Part shown: positions 17,373-53,200 of the stretch, one piece after another | Layout of the letters: each line of letters opens with the position of its first letter | Numbering within the stretch: the stretch's first letter is position 1 | Source of the DNA: Salpingoeca rosetta | Taxonomy: Eukaryota; Protista; Choanoflagellata | DNA length: 64,000 nt | Reading direction: 5' to 3' | Assembly (NCBI GenBank): GCA_033442325.1 | Contig: JAWQFM010000001.1 | Location: forward strand, 444,966 to 508,965 | The notes under the pieces: model-generated | Seen by the model: only the letters and a program-made list of their open reading frames with translations | Databases searched by the model: none | Told to the model about the DNA's origin: nothing | Translations under genes and position numbers: made by a program

Positions 17373-19108
17373 GTGTGCGTGTGGCTGTGTGTGTGTGGCT
17401 GTGTGTGTGTGTATGTGTGTGAAACTCCGGCCCGGCGTGTGAGCACACGTGCCTGCATGTACTTTCATGTATTCTGCGGTGACGTCCACGCCCCCCACCC
17501 ATTGCCTTTCCCACCCACGTGGCAGGCGAGCTTGAAGATGTGGCGCGACGAGCAGCGGTTTTCTGCAGAGCAGCGCATGCGCGAGTTGCTAGAGCAGTGG
17601 CACAGACCGCGCAAGGGCGACTGGCAGAGTGATGACAAAAGCAAGAAGCACGCCACCCGTGCCAGCAAGAGCGAAACCATGCAGAGTGGCGGCGGTGTTG
17701 ATGTTGATGATGACGATGGTGATGTGAGCGAGGGCGGTGACACAGCGGGTAGCTTTGGTGGCGATGGCGTCGGTGCTGGTGCTCATGAACACGACGCTGA
17801 CGACGATGCCGTGTATGGGGAGGACGAGGACCCGGACATGTTTAAGCAGCGCAAGGGCGGAGATGAGAAGATGAAGCGGAAGAAGAAGAAGGAGCGACAA
17901 CAGCAGCGCGCACGCGAGCGGCTGCCAGAGGAGGCAGTGAACAACCCGGAGATTTTTGACGATGCTGCGCCAACGTATGATGAGGAACACAACTGCGATG
18001 GTGATGGCGGTGGTGGCGGTGGTGATCGCGATGATGATGACGGTGATGTTGGCCGTGGTAGTGCTGCTGGAGGCGTTGGTGGTGACCGAAAGGGTGGGAA
18101 GAAGCGTGGTGGAAGCAAGAGCGGTGATAAGGACAAAACGACGAGTGGCAGGAGTGCTGGTGGAGAGAAGTTGCAACTGGGCGGGATGGTGCGACGCGAA
18201 GGTGTTGACTACGGCGATATCGATGCAGAGTTTGAAGACGACTTTGCTGACGATGATGACAGTGCACCCCGGCGCGGGTTCCAGTGGGATCAGATCAAGG
18301 GCATGCTCGCCGGCGACAGCGACGAGTGCGTAGTGTGTGTGTGGGGGGGGGTAGGTTGTGTGCGTGGAGATGTGTGTGTGTGTGTGTGTGTACAAGTGCC
18401 TTTTACTCACGTCATCCGCCACCATGCATCGACAACTACCAGAGAGGACGCGGCAGAGATGCAGCGCGACCTGATGGAGCTGCTCGGAGGTCAAGTGAGT
18501 CACACTCACACATGCACATGCACACACACATACACACACACACACACCCTCACTCAGTCCTTCACACCCTCACTCAGTCCTTCACACCCTCACTCACTCT
18601 CTCCCTCTCTCACACACCACGCCACACACACGCCACACCCACGCCACCAACCACGCCACCAACCACCCATCAGGATGGCAGCGAGAAAGGCGGGAAGGGC
18701 GAGCCGAGCAAGAGCAAGAAGAAGAAGAAGAGGAACCGCCTTGGGCAGCGGGCGCGGCAGCGGCTGGCGGAGGAGCGATTTGGCAAGGAGGCACGACACG
18801 TGCAGGACCCGAAGCTCGACGCAAACCTCAAGCAGCGCATGAAGAAGGTGCGCTGGCAGGATGCAGTCGAATGGGCTGTCGTAATGGTGGCCGTAGGGAG
18901 GGGTGTAATCGTATGGGGAGGGGTGTATCGTATGGGGAGGGGTGTATCGTATGGGGAGGGGTGATGGTGCCATTGTGTGTCGTCTTGCCTCTTTGTTTGA
19001 TGTCAGCGCACACACATGCACACACGCACACATGCACGCACACATGCACGCACACATACACGCACACACACACGTGCACACACATGCCCAAACACACACA
19101 CACATGCC

Positions 19109-19206
<98 letters not shown>

Positions 19207-19538
19207 CGCGTGAGGAGAAGCGGCTGCGCATTGAGAAGCGAAAGGCGCGAGAGGGCGATGGCAGACCGGCACGGCGCCCCCATGGTTACGGCGATGATGA
19301 TGGCGATGGCTATGGGCACATGCAGCGGCAGAGACCGGCCAAGCGAGCAAAGGAAGGGAAGGCAGCAGGCAAGGCAGCAGGCAAGGCAGCAGGGAAGGCA
19401 GCAGGGAAGCAGGATGGAGAGGAGGAGGGTACACACATGCACCCGTCGTGGTTGGCGAAGCAACAGCAGCACAACCAGGCCAAGGTGGTGCAATTCCAGG
19501 GATCACACGTCACCTTCTCAGACAGCGATGACGAGTGA
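16362..19538 (+). CDS. BUD22/SRFBP1-like ribosome biogenesis protein, multi-exon
   Basis: Acidic/Gly-rich middle region. The C-terminal BUD22-type motifs [22 protein letters not shown] and [11 protein letters not shown]...[14 protein letters not shown] are present. Confidence 0.85.
16720..16810 (+). repeat. 12-bp tandem repeat (ctcacgcacccg)n in an intron
   Basis: About 7 consecutive copies are visible. Confidence 0.9.
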
Positions 19539-19993
19539 TCAAAGACATATGTGTGTGTGTGTGTGTGTGTGTTGTGTGTGTGTGTGTGTGGGGGGGGGGG
19601 AGCGCGTGTTGCTTCGCCTTGTTTAATTTTTTTTTTCGCTGGTTGAGCAATCACACGCCGTTTCATACCAGCGACAAGCCACAGTTAGCAACAATACATC
19701 AATCACAGCACATCTGGGAGAAAAGCAGAAGGGCCAAGGGTTGGAGTTGGCGGGTATGCACGGGGAGCGGCGCACAGGTGGACGAGATACAAAGAGAGGG
19801 GCGGTGGGCAGAGAGGGGCACAGACAGACAGACACACACACACACACACAGGTGCACACAGGCACACACACACACACATACACAGGTATACACACACACA
19901 TACACACACACACACGCACACACACACACACGTCTCCGTGCACGAATCGAATTAAGTCGTCATACAAATGCACCAAATCACGAGCACGTGTCT

Positions 19994-20724
19994 CTAACTA
20001 CTCTGCGGCTTCTGCTGCTTCTGTTGGAACTGCTGCTGCGCTGTCTCCAAGATGGACTTCTTGCCGCCAGTGCGCTCAAAGAAAGGCCGAAGCGGCGGCA
20101 AGCTGTTGTCCACATACTCAATGTACGCCATGGGCGCTTTGTCCCCTTGCCTGAAGCCTGCCTTGAGCACGCGCGTGTACCCTCCTGGCCTCTCCTCAAA
20201 TCGAGGCAGCAGCTCGTTGTACACCTTGGGCATCAGTTCCCGCTCCTGCACCAAAGGGGGGAGAGGCGGGGAGAAGAGTTGACCCACGCCAATCATGAGG
20301 GTGCATGCAAGGAACTAAAGGTTGGTTCTGGCAACAAGAGGCAGTCGTTCCTTTTCCAACCACCCCACGTGCCAACTATCCCCCATATCAACCATTTCAC
20401 ACATCACGCGCCACCATCCATATGCACACAAGATGTGCAGCGCTCCTTCGCTGTCAAACCAGCGGACCCCCACTGTCTCGTTCTTTGACTCCCGTTCACA
20501 GCCATGCGCATCCACATACCGGGAGCCAGGCCTCCATTTGGTTGTGTGCAGCAGGGGTGCCTCGCTTGGCCCATGTGATGAGCTGCAAATTGGTGTCAGT
20601 GAAATAGTACGGGTGAGGGGTGTGGGATAAGGGAGCAACGAAGAACAAGTGGCAGCCTCAACGTTGTTGAACCGACAAACACACGACGCAGCAGCGTGCA
20701 TACAGCACACAGACAAACAAACAA

Positions 20725-20755
<31 letters not shown>

Positions 20756-21004
20756 CACACACAGACACACACACACACACCGCACACTGCACACACACAA
20801 CGCACGCACACAACGCACGCACACTGCACACATACCGCACACACACACACGCACTCGCTCTGCTGGTCGTCGCAGTTCCTTTGCCTTTGCCAGAGTTGTG
20901 CGAATCCGTTCATGCTTGACAAGCGCAGCGGTGAGGTTACGCAGCAGCGCGCGGCGGTGCTCGCTGTCTCGCCCAAGCTTCCTGAACGCAACACGGTGCC
21001 TCAT
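19994..21004 (-). CDS. MRPL17: Mitochondrial ribosomal protein L17 (bL17m), 3 exons
   Basis: [50 protein letters not shown] | LITWAKRG... | [47 protein letters not shown]. Confidence 0.95.
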
Positions 21005-21244
21005 CCCTGCCTCTATGCGTCACAGACAACAAACAACAACGACCCACAGCAAACAGCACACAGCAAACAACAACACTGCCTTCAGTGTAAGCAAGTCAAC
21101 CACTCAAAGGTCCAGAAGCACGTTGGCTTTGCCTCCTCCTGCTTCACTTCTTGTCTGCACGGACCACGATACGGAAAATTATTGGGCATTATTCGCCAAT
21201 CGTCGGACCCAAATCTGGCTCGCAGCAACAACAGCAACAGCATC

Positions 21245-22369
21245 ATGGGCGTGGATGGCAGAGGCGGCGGTGGTGGCAGTGGCAGTGGTGGAGGCAACGG
21301 GTGGCGTTTGTGGTGGAAGGTGTTTGCGGGCTTGCTGGCCGTGGCGGTGGTTGTGTATGTGATGCGGGCGGATACGTTCTTGGCATCAGAGCAGCCGCAG
21401 CACCTGCCGATCCCCGTCTTGCGGCGGGCGCTTGGAACAGGGCTTGGTTCTCAGGGCAAGCTGAGCGCGCCGGCGTCGCGTGGCTTTGACGTGTGCCAAG
21501 ACGGCACAAACTGGTTCAGCCGGTACAGCGAGGAAGACGTCGACACGAACAGCTTGAGGGAGTCCAGGAACCACCGCATCTGCGCTGGCTCCCGGCCAAT
21601 GTTCACCATCTCACACCCAAAGAGCGGGCGCACGTGGCTGCGCTGCCTGGTGGCCAACGCCTACGCATGCGCGCGCAAGAACGCCTCCCTGTCGCTGAGC
21701 GAGACAGAGGCCTGGTCCGACAAGGTGCTGTCCTTCTCCCACGGCAAGCCGCACCCCTTTGGTTCCACCCCGCAGCAGCTTTTGAACGGCTTTGGAACGA
21801 ACAACGGCGCCAAGCGGGAGGCGGGGTTCATGCTGGTACGTGATCCCCGCGACGTCGTCGTCAGCTCCTTCTACGACCGCATGTACCGCGACTGGGAGCA
21901 CTCGCTGCCAAAGCACACGTCCCTCTCCGAGTATCTCCGCATCGAGCGCGGCAGCCTGCAGACCTTGCTCATGCACCAGAACCTCTGGTCGTCGGTGACA
22001 GACAAGCCCGACTGGCTGGTGCTGCGGTATGAGGACCTGAAGCGCTGCCCGGAGAAGGCGCTGGACGAGCTGCTGAACAAACAGCTGTGCCTGGACGTGT
22101 CGCCGGCGTGCATCGCGCGTGCCGCGGACTGGTGCGACTTTAGCAAGCTGCAGCAGCGCGCAGACTCTGCAAGCCACTATGGCGGGGGCAAGATCTGGCG
22201 CCCAAAGGGCCACGATCCAAACTCCAGGAAGGTGCGCAAGGGCAAGGTTGGCGGGTATCGGGAGGAGCTGTCAGCGGAGGATATGGAGTATCTCGAGAGC
22301 TCCATCCAAGAGCATCTGCTTGGCGGCCGCGTCTTTGGCTACAACGCTCCCCCTCCCAAGAAGAACTAG
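21245..22369 (+). CDS. Intronless PAPS-dependent sulfotransferase with N-terminal signal anchor
   Basis: TM segment [18 protein letters not shown], 5'-PSB loop SHPKSGRTW, 3'-PB motif [17 protein letters not shown] and [14 protein letters not shown]. Confidence 0.9.
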   Translation: MGVDGRGGGGGSGSGGGNGWRLWWKVFAGLLAVAVVVYVMRADTFLASEQPQHLPIPVLRRALGTGLGSQGKLSAPASRGFDVCQDGTNWFSRYSEEDVDTNSLRESRNHRICAGSRPMFTISHPKSGRTWLRCLVANAYACARKNASLSLSETEAWSDKVLSFSHGKPHPFGSTPQQLLNGFGTNNGAKREAGFMLVRDPRDVVVSSFYDRMYRDWEHSLPKHTSLSEYLRIERGSLQTLLMHQNLWSSVTDKPDWLVLRYEDLKRCPEKALDELLNKQLCLDVSPACIARAADWCDFSKLQQRADSASHYGGGKIWRPKGHDPNSRKVRKGKVGGYREELSAEDMEYLESSIQEHLLGGRVFGYNAPPPKKN

Positions 22370-22393
22370 GACCAAGCAGCGGTGCATGAGTCG

Positions 22394-22428
<35 letters not shown>

Positions 22429-22678
22429 AGAGAATGTGTGTGTGTGTGTGTGTGAATGTGTGTGTGTGTTGTGTCTGTGTGTCTGTGTGTCTGTGTCTGT
22501 GTCTGTGTCTGTGTGGTGCTCCTTCTTGGGGGTGGCTATTTGTTTGCTTCGTTGTGAAAGTGTCCAAAGAAAGAAGAAAGAACAACCAACAACAAGCTCA
22601 TCGTGTTTGGGAGAGAGGAAGAAGCAACCAACACACTTCATATCTGACGTCGCAGCACGCAACAAACAAGCAAGCAAG

Positions 22679-22822
22679 ATGGCAGCTCGTTCAGTGACAC
22701 TGCACGATGGCAGTGAGCACCCGATGCTCGGGTTTGGCACGTACAAGGTCGGCTTTGTCCCGGCCAGCGCTTCCTCCGCTGTGCAGCCCAAGGACGACCG
22801 TGATCCAAAGGAGATTATCAAG

Positions 22823-22859
<37 letters not shown>

Positions 22860-22878
22860 TGTGTTGTGTTGTGTTGTG

Positions 22879-22940
<62 letters not shown>

Positions 22941-23239
22941 CTTTGTGTTGTGTCATCGACCCACCTCTTTGCCATTGCTTGCGTGCTTGCGTGCTTCTCT
23001 CTCCCTCCCTTCCCTCGTCCCTCCCTCCTCTCCTCCCTCTTACCCCTAACCCTGACCCTAACAAGCTGTCGCTGTCTGCATGTCATGCCAGGATGCCGTT
23101 GCTGTCGGCTACCGCTACTTCGACTGCGCCCAGTTCTATGGCAACGAGGCCATGGTTGGCCAGGCGCTCAAGGACAGTGGCGTGGACCGCAAAGAACTCT
23201 ACCTGGTCCGCGCGAGCCTGTGTGTCTGTTGAGTGTGTG

Positions 23240-23298
<59 letters not shown>

Positions 23299-23361
23299 GT
23301 GTGTGTGTCTGTGTGTGTGTCTGTGTGTCTGTGTGTGTGTGTGTCTGTGTGTGTGTGTGTG

Positions 23362-23394
<33 letters not shown>

Positions 23395-24064
23395 GCCTGT
23401 CTGTCTGTGTTTGTGTGCCTGCCCTACTCTGCCCCGCCAAGTCATTCTGCCTTTCCATGAACAACTTGCTTGCCTTCTCACTTCCCCCCACTTCCCCGTC
23501 ACAATATCAGGTGTCCAAGGTGTGGTGTGACACCATCTACAAAGGCCCAGAGGCCGTGAAGGCGCAGGTGCACAAATGCCTTGCAGACCTGCAGACGGAC
23601 TACCTCGACCTGTATCTGGTCCACTGGCCTGTTCCCGGCAAGCATGTCCAGGTAGGTTTGCGTGTGTCTGTGTGTCTGTGTGTACGTGCGTGTCTGTGTG
23701 TGTGTGTGTGTGTGTGTGCGTGCGTGTCTGTGTGTGCGTGCGTGTCTGTGTGTCTGTGTGTGTGTGTGTGTGCGTGCGTGTCTGTGTGTTTGTGTGTAAT
23801 GTGCAGACGGATGTCGCTGATAGTGCAGCCACATTGGCTGCTGTGTTGTCTCTTGTGCCCCCAACAAACGCGTTGACAGGCATACAAGGCACTGGAGGAG
23901 CTTCATAAGGAGGGCAAGATCAAGGGCATTGGCGTGAGCAACTACACCATCGAGGACTACAACGAGCTCAAAGCTGAGATGACAATCAAGGTGCTTGAGA
24001 GAGAGAGACTGAGAGAGAGACTGAGAGAGAGAGGGAGACAACAAGAGAGAGAGAGAGAGAGAGA

Positions 24065-24105
<41 letters not shown>

Positions 24106-24452
24106 AGACACAGAGAGAGAGAGGGAGAGCAGTGCACGTCAAGATAAAGTGTCTTCTTCTTGGTTGTGACATGCGTGTGTTGCAAGCATCACTTGAACTT
24201 TGAGCTTGCCTGATCTCTTATTTACACCCGCCACTCCTTTCCCTTGTTTCATCCACCATCTTGCGCTCACCACCACCACCACCACCACCACACCCTTTTC
24301 ACACTCGCCGTCCGTCAGCCGCTGGTGAACCAGATTGAGGTCAACCCCTTTCTCTATCGCCGCCGTACCATCCAGTTCTTCCAAGATGAGGGCATCCAAA
24401 TCGAGGTACGCAGACACGCGTGTGCTTTGTGTGTGTGTGTGTGTGTGTGTGC

Positions 24453-24543
<91 letters not shown>

Positions 24544-24987
24544 CAGTGTTTGCGCACCTCTGTGCGGCTGCTGCTGCACTCCGCGTCGCCTTCCTCAAAT
24601 CCCCCTCCCTCTATTGTCCGACGACACGTGCAGGCGTATCGTGCGCTGCGCAACGGCAAGGAGATGGACAACGAGCGCATCAAGAGCATTGCAGAGAAGC
24701 ACAAGTGCACCCCGGCACAGGTTGGTGCTGGTGGTGATGTGGCACGTGTGCCAACACCACCACTGCTGCTGTGCACCAGCAGAGACACTGCTACATGGGG
24801 TTGTTCTCTGTCGGCAACGCAACCATGTCAATCCTTTCTTGGTTCATGGTCATGACGATGGCACATATTCCCCATCAACATCATCGTCCAACAGGTGCTG
24901 ACTGCCTGGTGCTTGCAGCACAACATCATCGTCATTGCAAAGTCGTCCAAGAAAGGTGAGAACGCCGAAGAGACGGCAGCTTTGTTT

Positions 24988-25074
<87 letters not shown>

Positions 25075-25335
25075 AGAGAGAGNNNNNNNNNNNNNNNNNN
25101 NNNNNNNNNNNNNNNNNNNNNNNNNNNNNNNNNNNNNNNNNNNNNNNNNNNNNNNNNNNNNNNNNNNNNNNNNNNNNNNNNNGTTGAGCGCTCGAGGGCA
25201 TGTCTTTACTTGACAGCATGACCGCGGGTGAACCATTGAAGCAGTACAGGACTCCATATCGCAAGTTCGTAGTTCGCGACACTCCCCTCCCTCAGACGCG
25301 CGAAGGCATCAAGGAACACATCACCATCTCTTGCT
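22679..25335 (+). CDS. Aldo-keto reductase family protein, multi-exon, interrupted by an assembly gap; 3' end uncertain
   Basis: [63 protein letters not shown] and IAKS. The Asp/Tyr/Lys/His tetrad is present. A probable last exon follows the gap (LLDSMT...VVRDTPLP). Confidence 0.9.
25083..25182. other. Assembly gap (100 N)
   Basis: Run of 100 N directly after a (TG)n(AG)n tract. Confidence 1.
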
Positions 25336-25393
25336 CGGCAACTGCTGCTGTGACACTGCGACACACGGACATTCCCACCTACACAGCAACCCA

Positions 25394-25451
<58 letters not shown>

Positions 25452-25767
25452 ACAACGCGCAACTGTGCTGTCACAGTGCTGGTTGGTGCAATAAGGGTTT
25501 ACAGCCAATCATACACGATGCAAAACGAACAAACACACTGACTAACAAGCAAGGAGGAGAGAAGGGGTAGCAACGACAGTTGGTTTGATTCTTGCTGAAG
25601 AAAAAACACGCACACGCACATGCACATGCACACACGCAAGCACACACACAAAGAGACGCACGCAAACTGACACAACCACATACAAACGAACGCCTCAACC
25701 CCCGTGTCATCCATCCCCTTTCTTCTCTCCTGCTCTTGCGCGTGAACGGGATGCTTGAATCAGTTGT

Positions 25768-39517
<13,750 letters not shown>

Positions 39518-40308
39518 GATCTCTCACCTCCACGCACACTTCTCACACAGACGACACAAAAAAAATCCCTTGATGTCCCTGCTTTCTCCTGCACAACCTA
39601 GGCCAAAGCACTGGCTGTCTCTATGTGGCACCTGCTCCCAAACACAGTGCCGTTCACTGGCTTGTTGCACACAACGCACACACACGCACACGGCCAAGCA
39701 CACACACGAACACTGGCTCGCTCTGCTTGCTTGCTTGCTTGCTCTTGTCGCAATCGTCGCGCACGTTGCTTTGTGGCGCACAGTGTGGGCAAGTTGTGGA
39801 AGATTTGAATAATTTTCGTCACGTCCTTGGGCACAACACAGCAGCCAGAGTGCAGCTGTTTGTTTGAAGTGGGTGTTGTTGTCTGCTTTGCTCCTCGGCT
39901 GTTGTCCAGTTGTGGTGGTAAGGAGGTGTGTGCGCGCCTCTCTATCTGTGCGTCTGTGTGCTTATTGTTGGAGTGGGGACAGTGCACCAGGGACTGCGAT
40001 TGGGTGATAGTTCGGCAGCAGAGGTGCTGTTTGATGCTTCGGACCAACGGATCTCGTCCACATTTGAAACGCAAGAGAGAAAATTATAACAGCAGCAGCA
40101 GCAGCAGCAGCAGCAACCAAACCAACAACCAAACCAACAACCAAACCAACAACCAAACCAACAACCAAACCACCAGCAACGGCACACCGGTGCTTGGTGT
40201 GACCACAGGCACAAGCCACAAGCGCGGGACTCCAGCTGTGGCTTAACAGCTGGTATCGCACGGAAACCTGCGGGGATACGGGACCACCTGCAAACGGCAA
40301 CAGCCACG

Positions 40309-48061
<7,753 letters not shown>

Positions 48062-48135
48062 TGGATCACATGAGCATGTGTGTGTGTGTGTGTCTGTGTG
48101 TGTGTGTCTGTCTGTCTGTCTGTATGTCTATGTTT

Positions 48136-48168
<33 letters not shown>

Positions 48169-48767
48169 CTGTGTCAGTATGTCTATATTGTGTGTGTGAG
48201 GGAGCGAGCGAGGGCGGAGGAGGGCTGAGGGAATAAACGACGAGACCAGGATTTCGCAGTGTCCTTGCTCTGACTGGTGTTTATGTGCGATGATTGCGCG
48301 TGTGGTATGTGTGTCTGCTTGCACGCCTCTCTGTCTCCCAACCAACAGCCAAAGCAAGGGGAACACAATAATGAACAGCGCGGTACTTGCTGGTCTGCTT
48401 TCATTCACAAACAAACAACAGCACAGTCGTGGACACAACAGAAGAGACAATTACGCACAAGATGACAGCGACAACGCACGAGCATCGTCAACCATCATGA
48501 GACAATCATGAGACATAGAGACAAAGAGCGCAGCCTGAATTGCAGGCAGGCGCAGATGGGTGGAGGTTAACAAAGACTGCTGCTTCGTAGACAAGCAAGC
48601 AACAACGAAAAGATGCAACACACACGACGGCAAAGGGGACAAAGAGAAAAAAGTGACAAACAAACACACACCCAACATTTGAAGGGGGCGCGAACTTGTG
48701 ACTGGTACGGGTGCGTTGTTTGATGGTTGGGGGATGGTGACAAATGGGACGGCAAGTTGGGGAGTGA

Positions 48768-50707
48768 TCACTTGCGCACAAACGTTCGGCCGGTTGCCGT
48801 CTTCTTCTCCTTCTCTGCATCGGGGCGGGCGCGGTTGAGCACCTGTAACACAAAGCAATAGCAAGCAACGTTGTGTTGGATTGTGGGGGTTAAAGGCGAG
48901 GCAGGTGAAGTGGTGTTACGGGGCAAGGTGAGCGTGGATAAAAGTGGCATCCGGTGTGATATGCAATCAGAGGGAGGGGAGGGGAGCCAGGGGGAGTCGT
49001 TCGTCGTGGCAATGAGGGGCAGCGCGTGTGCTTGACACAGTTGGTGCTGTCGTTACCTTGAGCAGGGACGATGTGCGCGCGCGCATGCGCTGGTGCAGGT
49101 AGGCCTTTGAGCACTTGATGTGATAGTGCAGGTAGTCACGGAACGTGTGGATCAGGTCAATGGTGTGGTCCATCTTATCGTCCGAGATGTGGCGTGGGAA
49201 CAGCACTGTTGGCGTTGGCGGCGTTGGAAGCAGTGGTGAGCATGTGTGTGTGTGTGTGTGTGTGTGTGTTTGTTTGTGTGTGTGTGTGTGTTTGTGTGTG
49301 TGTTTGTTTGTGTGTGTGTTTGTTTGTGTGTTTGTTTGTTTGTTTGTTTGTGTGTGTGTGTGTGTGTGTGTGTGAAACAGACAACAAGGTCAGGAAAACG
49401 TTTCCGTCCAGTTCTATCCACACGCTGCCGCGCACGCCCGCCTGCACCCCTCTCCCCTCTCATGCGCACGCCAACATGGCGTACCAAAGGTGACGTAGCC
49501 GACATTGTCGCCGGTGAGTGCAGAGGTGCCCTCGAGCTCGCGTGGAACATCCTTGGCGTGACCAAACAGAACCTGCGGCGCAGACGGGTTGCGCCCGCGC
49601 ACATCTTGGAACGCCTGGTGTATTGCGGTGTCCGGAAGGGGGAGATGAATGAAGCACAGCGTGTTAACTCAAGTTGTTCCACATACAATTCAACGCAGGC
49701 ACACACATACATTCACAAGTAGATATACAAACACAGATACGCGCGCGCACCACACCGTAAGTGCACACACACACGCGCCACACACACACGCACACACACA
49801 CACACACAAACTAACACAAACAACGGCCAGGCTCACCTTCATGAAGACTTTGCCGATGACAATGTCGTCCTTGTCTGTGAAGAGTGTGCTGAAGATGACG
49901 GTGACGCGGTCCTTCATGGCGTTGATGAACATCGTCTCCTTCTCCTTGTAGTTCAACACAATCGAGTCCATCTTGCCGTCCTGCGTGTTCAAGTGAGTGA
50001 GTGTGTGTGTGTGTGCGTGTGTGAGTGAGTGTGTAAGTGTGTGTAAGTGTGACAGTGAGCGAGTGTGAGCGTGAGTGAATGAGTGTTTGAACAGCACGTG
50101 ATGCGAGTGTGCGTGTGTGTTTGGCGACCTTCTGCATCTGGAAGAACTTGGTGAAGACGGCTGCGAAGCAGTTGCGGCGAAGGCGGGCCACGTTGGAGAT
50201 GGTCACCTCTGTTCCCAGGTCCACAAGATCCAGAAAGCAGGTCAAGTCGGCCAAGTCGATGAAGCACATGAGTATGTGTGCATGGGCAGATGTCAAAGGT
50301 GCGTGAAGGAGAACACTGGCAAACGCATAAACATGATACCTCAATTAGCATCCCCTCACAGAGAAGTAACTGAATGCACACCCACTCAAACACACAAGAG
50401 CACACGTGTGCACGGACCAGGGTTTGCGCCAAGCTTGCTGATGTCCACGAGCAGAGAGAAGTCATAACCTGAAAAGCAACCATACGTTCAGCACACACAC
50501 ACGCACACACGTCACGTGGAGGACGCACACGACCAGGCATGAGAGGATGCATTGCAAACAGCAGCGGCATTACGCAGAACCCCACACACCAACACAACCA
50601 TGCCGGAACGGCAGCAACGACCACAAAAAACTTACCGCTCTCGGGGCTGGTGACCATGTCGCCGTAGATGCCCTTCATGAACTGCAAAAGGCGTGTGTGT
50701 GTGTGCG

Positions 50708-50759
<52 letters not shown>

Positions 50760-51346
50760 GAAGGAGAGGTGGATGAGGCGAAACCATTCGGAGGCAAACA
50801 GCACAGACTGAAACGAAGAACAGGCGCATACCCGTTGTTCGACAACATGTTGGGGGATGACGTACCGAATCGACGTCAAACTGCTGCAGTTGGTGGAAGA
50901 AAGGCACGGAGATGCTGACGAGGACCTTGGTGGCATCACCCTCGGGGTTGGACACATGATACATGGTGCCGTCAAAGTCGGCAACCGTCATGTCCACGGG
51001 GGCGATCTGCTCAAAGTAAACAAGTGGTGAAGGGCGTGGGTATGTGTGGTGACGGAAGGGAAGGAAATGGAAAGGCTGAGCGTAAGAAACACACACGCAC
51101 ACACACACACACAAACACATACACACGCTGGGTCACATGCACGCGTACATGCCACGCGTCGATGAAAGCACACCTTCACCATGCAAGGAAGCACACGACA
51201 CACACCTATTCAGCATAAACCAAAACACAAACACGCAACTTTGCACACATCCACCAGAAACGCCAACAACGTACCTCCTCTGTCTCCGATGCGCGGCTGG
51301 AGAGCACCTCCGAAAGGATGCGGTTCTCGACCTCAAGAAGGATCAT
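48768..51346 (-). CDS. ARPC2: Arp2/3 complex subunit 2 (p34-Arc), ~9 exons
   Basis: [11 protein letters not shown]; [13 protein letters not shown]; [10 protein letters not shown]; [24 protein letters not shown]; APQVLF; [14 protein letters not shown]; [26 protein letters not shown]; [21 protein letters not shown]. Confidence 0.97.
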
Positions 51347-51735
51347 GGTGTTTGGTTGGCTTCAACTGTTGTGTGGTGGATAGACAAGGGAAGGGTATCA
51401 AGACGCCAGTGGCCACACAGAGGTTGGTGGACGGAGCTTTTTGGTTTGCTTTTGCTTGTCGCTTGTTGTCGCTTGTATGGGAGAGTGAGCGAGAGCGGTG
51501 AGCTGGATGGAAAGAAAGAGGGCGTCTTTCGCGATTTTTCGTCTACCTCAAACAAAGGCAAAATTGCCTTTTTGCTCCACCAACTACAAAAGGCAAACTT
51601 GACCTTGCCACTGGACTGGTTCGGAAGGACTGTACACAAGCAAGCAAGCGGTGTGGAAATGACACTGGTTGCCTGCTGTGGTGCTGCTGGGTCTGGAAGC
51701 GAACATGCAAGCGAACAAACCAAAAGGCTACAGGT

Positions 51736-51776
<41 letters not shown>

Positions 51777-52361
51777 TGTGTGTGTGTTTGTGCGTGCGGG
51801 GGATGGTGGCTGATTCACTCTCTCGTTTTGACGACGAGGGATGGCGAATGCGTTGATGTATTGATTTCATTGGTTGGCGTGTCGATGTGCTTGTATGTTG
51901 ACGCGTTCCTGCACAAAGAGACGAAGGACAAAGAGCTTCACACTCACTCACACGCACACACACACTCTCTCTCGCACACACACACACTCACACACTCGCG
52001 CACAGACTGAGTTGGTGCTGGGGAATGAATGTGTTGGTGATGGTGATGATGACCAAAACGTGAGCGTCAACACAACACCTTCACGCGAACCAGCATCCTG
52101 ACACCTGACCTGCTGCTGCCTGCTGGCCAAGTGCTTCCGGGAGAGAGGCAACTGGCTGCTTATTTTCCACCTTGCCCCCTGTGAGGTGGTCTGCCAGCAA
52201 CAGCCGTCGCTTTCACGCCACAAGAGTCGAGCTGCAGTCCACGACAAGGGCACGCACGCACAGCCTCTGCATCGCCTCGGACGCCCCTTTTGGCCGCTGC
52301 GCCAGCTTCACCGGAGTGCTAGCGACTTTGCCAATCTGCAGGAACAGCAGCACTGGTCAGC

Positions 52362-53126
52362 ATGCCGACCCACCAGCACCTCAACAGCATCTTGCTGTCC
52401 TCTGTCCAACGCAATGACCTCCTTCACGTGCGCCTGATCTTGGCCCAAGGCGCAAACCCAAATGCAACCAACACCTGCGGCTGGACAGCCCTGCACTTTG
52501 GTGAGTGTTGGTGTGTGTGTCCGTGTGTGTGTGTGTGTGTGTCTGTGTGCCTGTGTGTCTGTGTCTGTGTGTCTGTTTGTGTGTGTCTGTTTGTGTGTGC
52601 ATGTGTCTGTAACTGCGTTTACTTGTGCACCAAGGGATGTGTTTCCGATGTGTGCTACTGTATGTGTTCGTGCGTGCTGTGAATCGAGCGTCTCACCTCT
52701 TCCCTTCACACTGCCCCTCTTTGCCCGCACGTGTACCTGCGGTGTCGTTTCTGTGCCTCCCGTGTTCCTGTTTCATTGCCAGCGGCGGAATTGCCGAGGC
52801 GCACCGCCATCCTGTTTGCTCTGCTGCACGCTGGCGCACGCGTCAACAGCATCTGCGCCTACACGGGCCAGACCCCGCTGCACGTCGCCTCCATCGCAGG
52901 CAACCTGCCTGCGGTGAAGCTGCTGCTCAACTGCGGGGCAGACATGTTCCTGCGTGACTTCAACAACCAGACGCCACGGGAAGTTGCTCGCCCATCATCG
53001 CTGCTGCGTCGCGTCGTTCTCGGCCCCACCGCATACGACTACCTCACGGCCCTCGGTGCGCATGCTGATGTGTGTGTGTGTGTGTGTGTACATGCGTTTG
53101 CTTATGTGCTTTGTGTGTGTGTGTGT

Positions 53127-53200
<74 letters not shown>

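Noticed and set aside
23043-23061. Telomere-like ccctaaccctgaccctaa
   Set aside because: Only three imperfect units, inside an AKR intron near the acceptor. Better explained as branch-point-like or chance sequence.
25183-25541. Post-gap ORF as an independent gene
   Set aside because: It is more plausibly the last AKR exon at a low-quality contig edge, and it runs into CA repeats without a clear stop.
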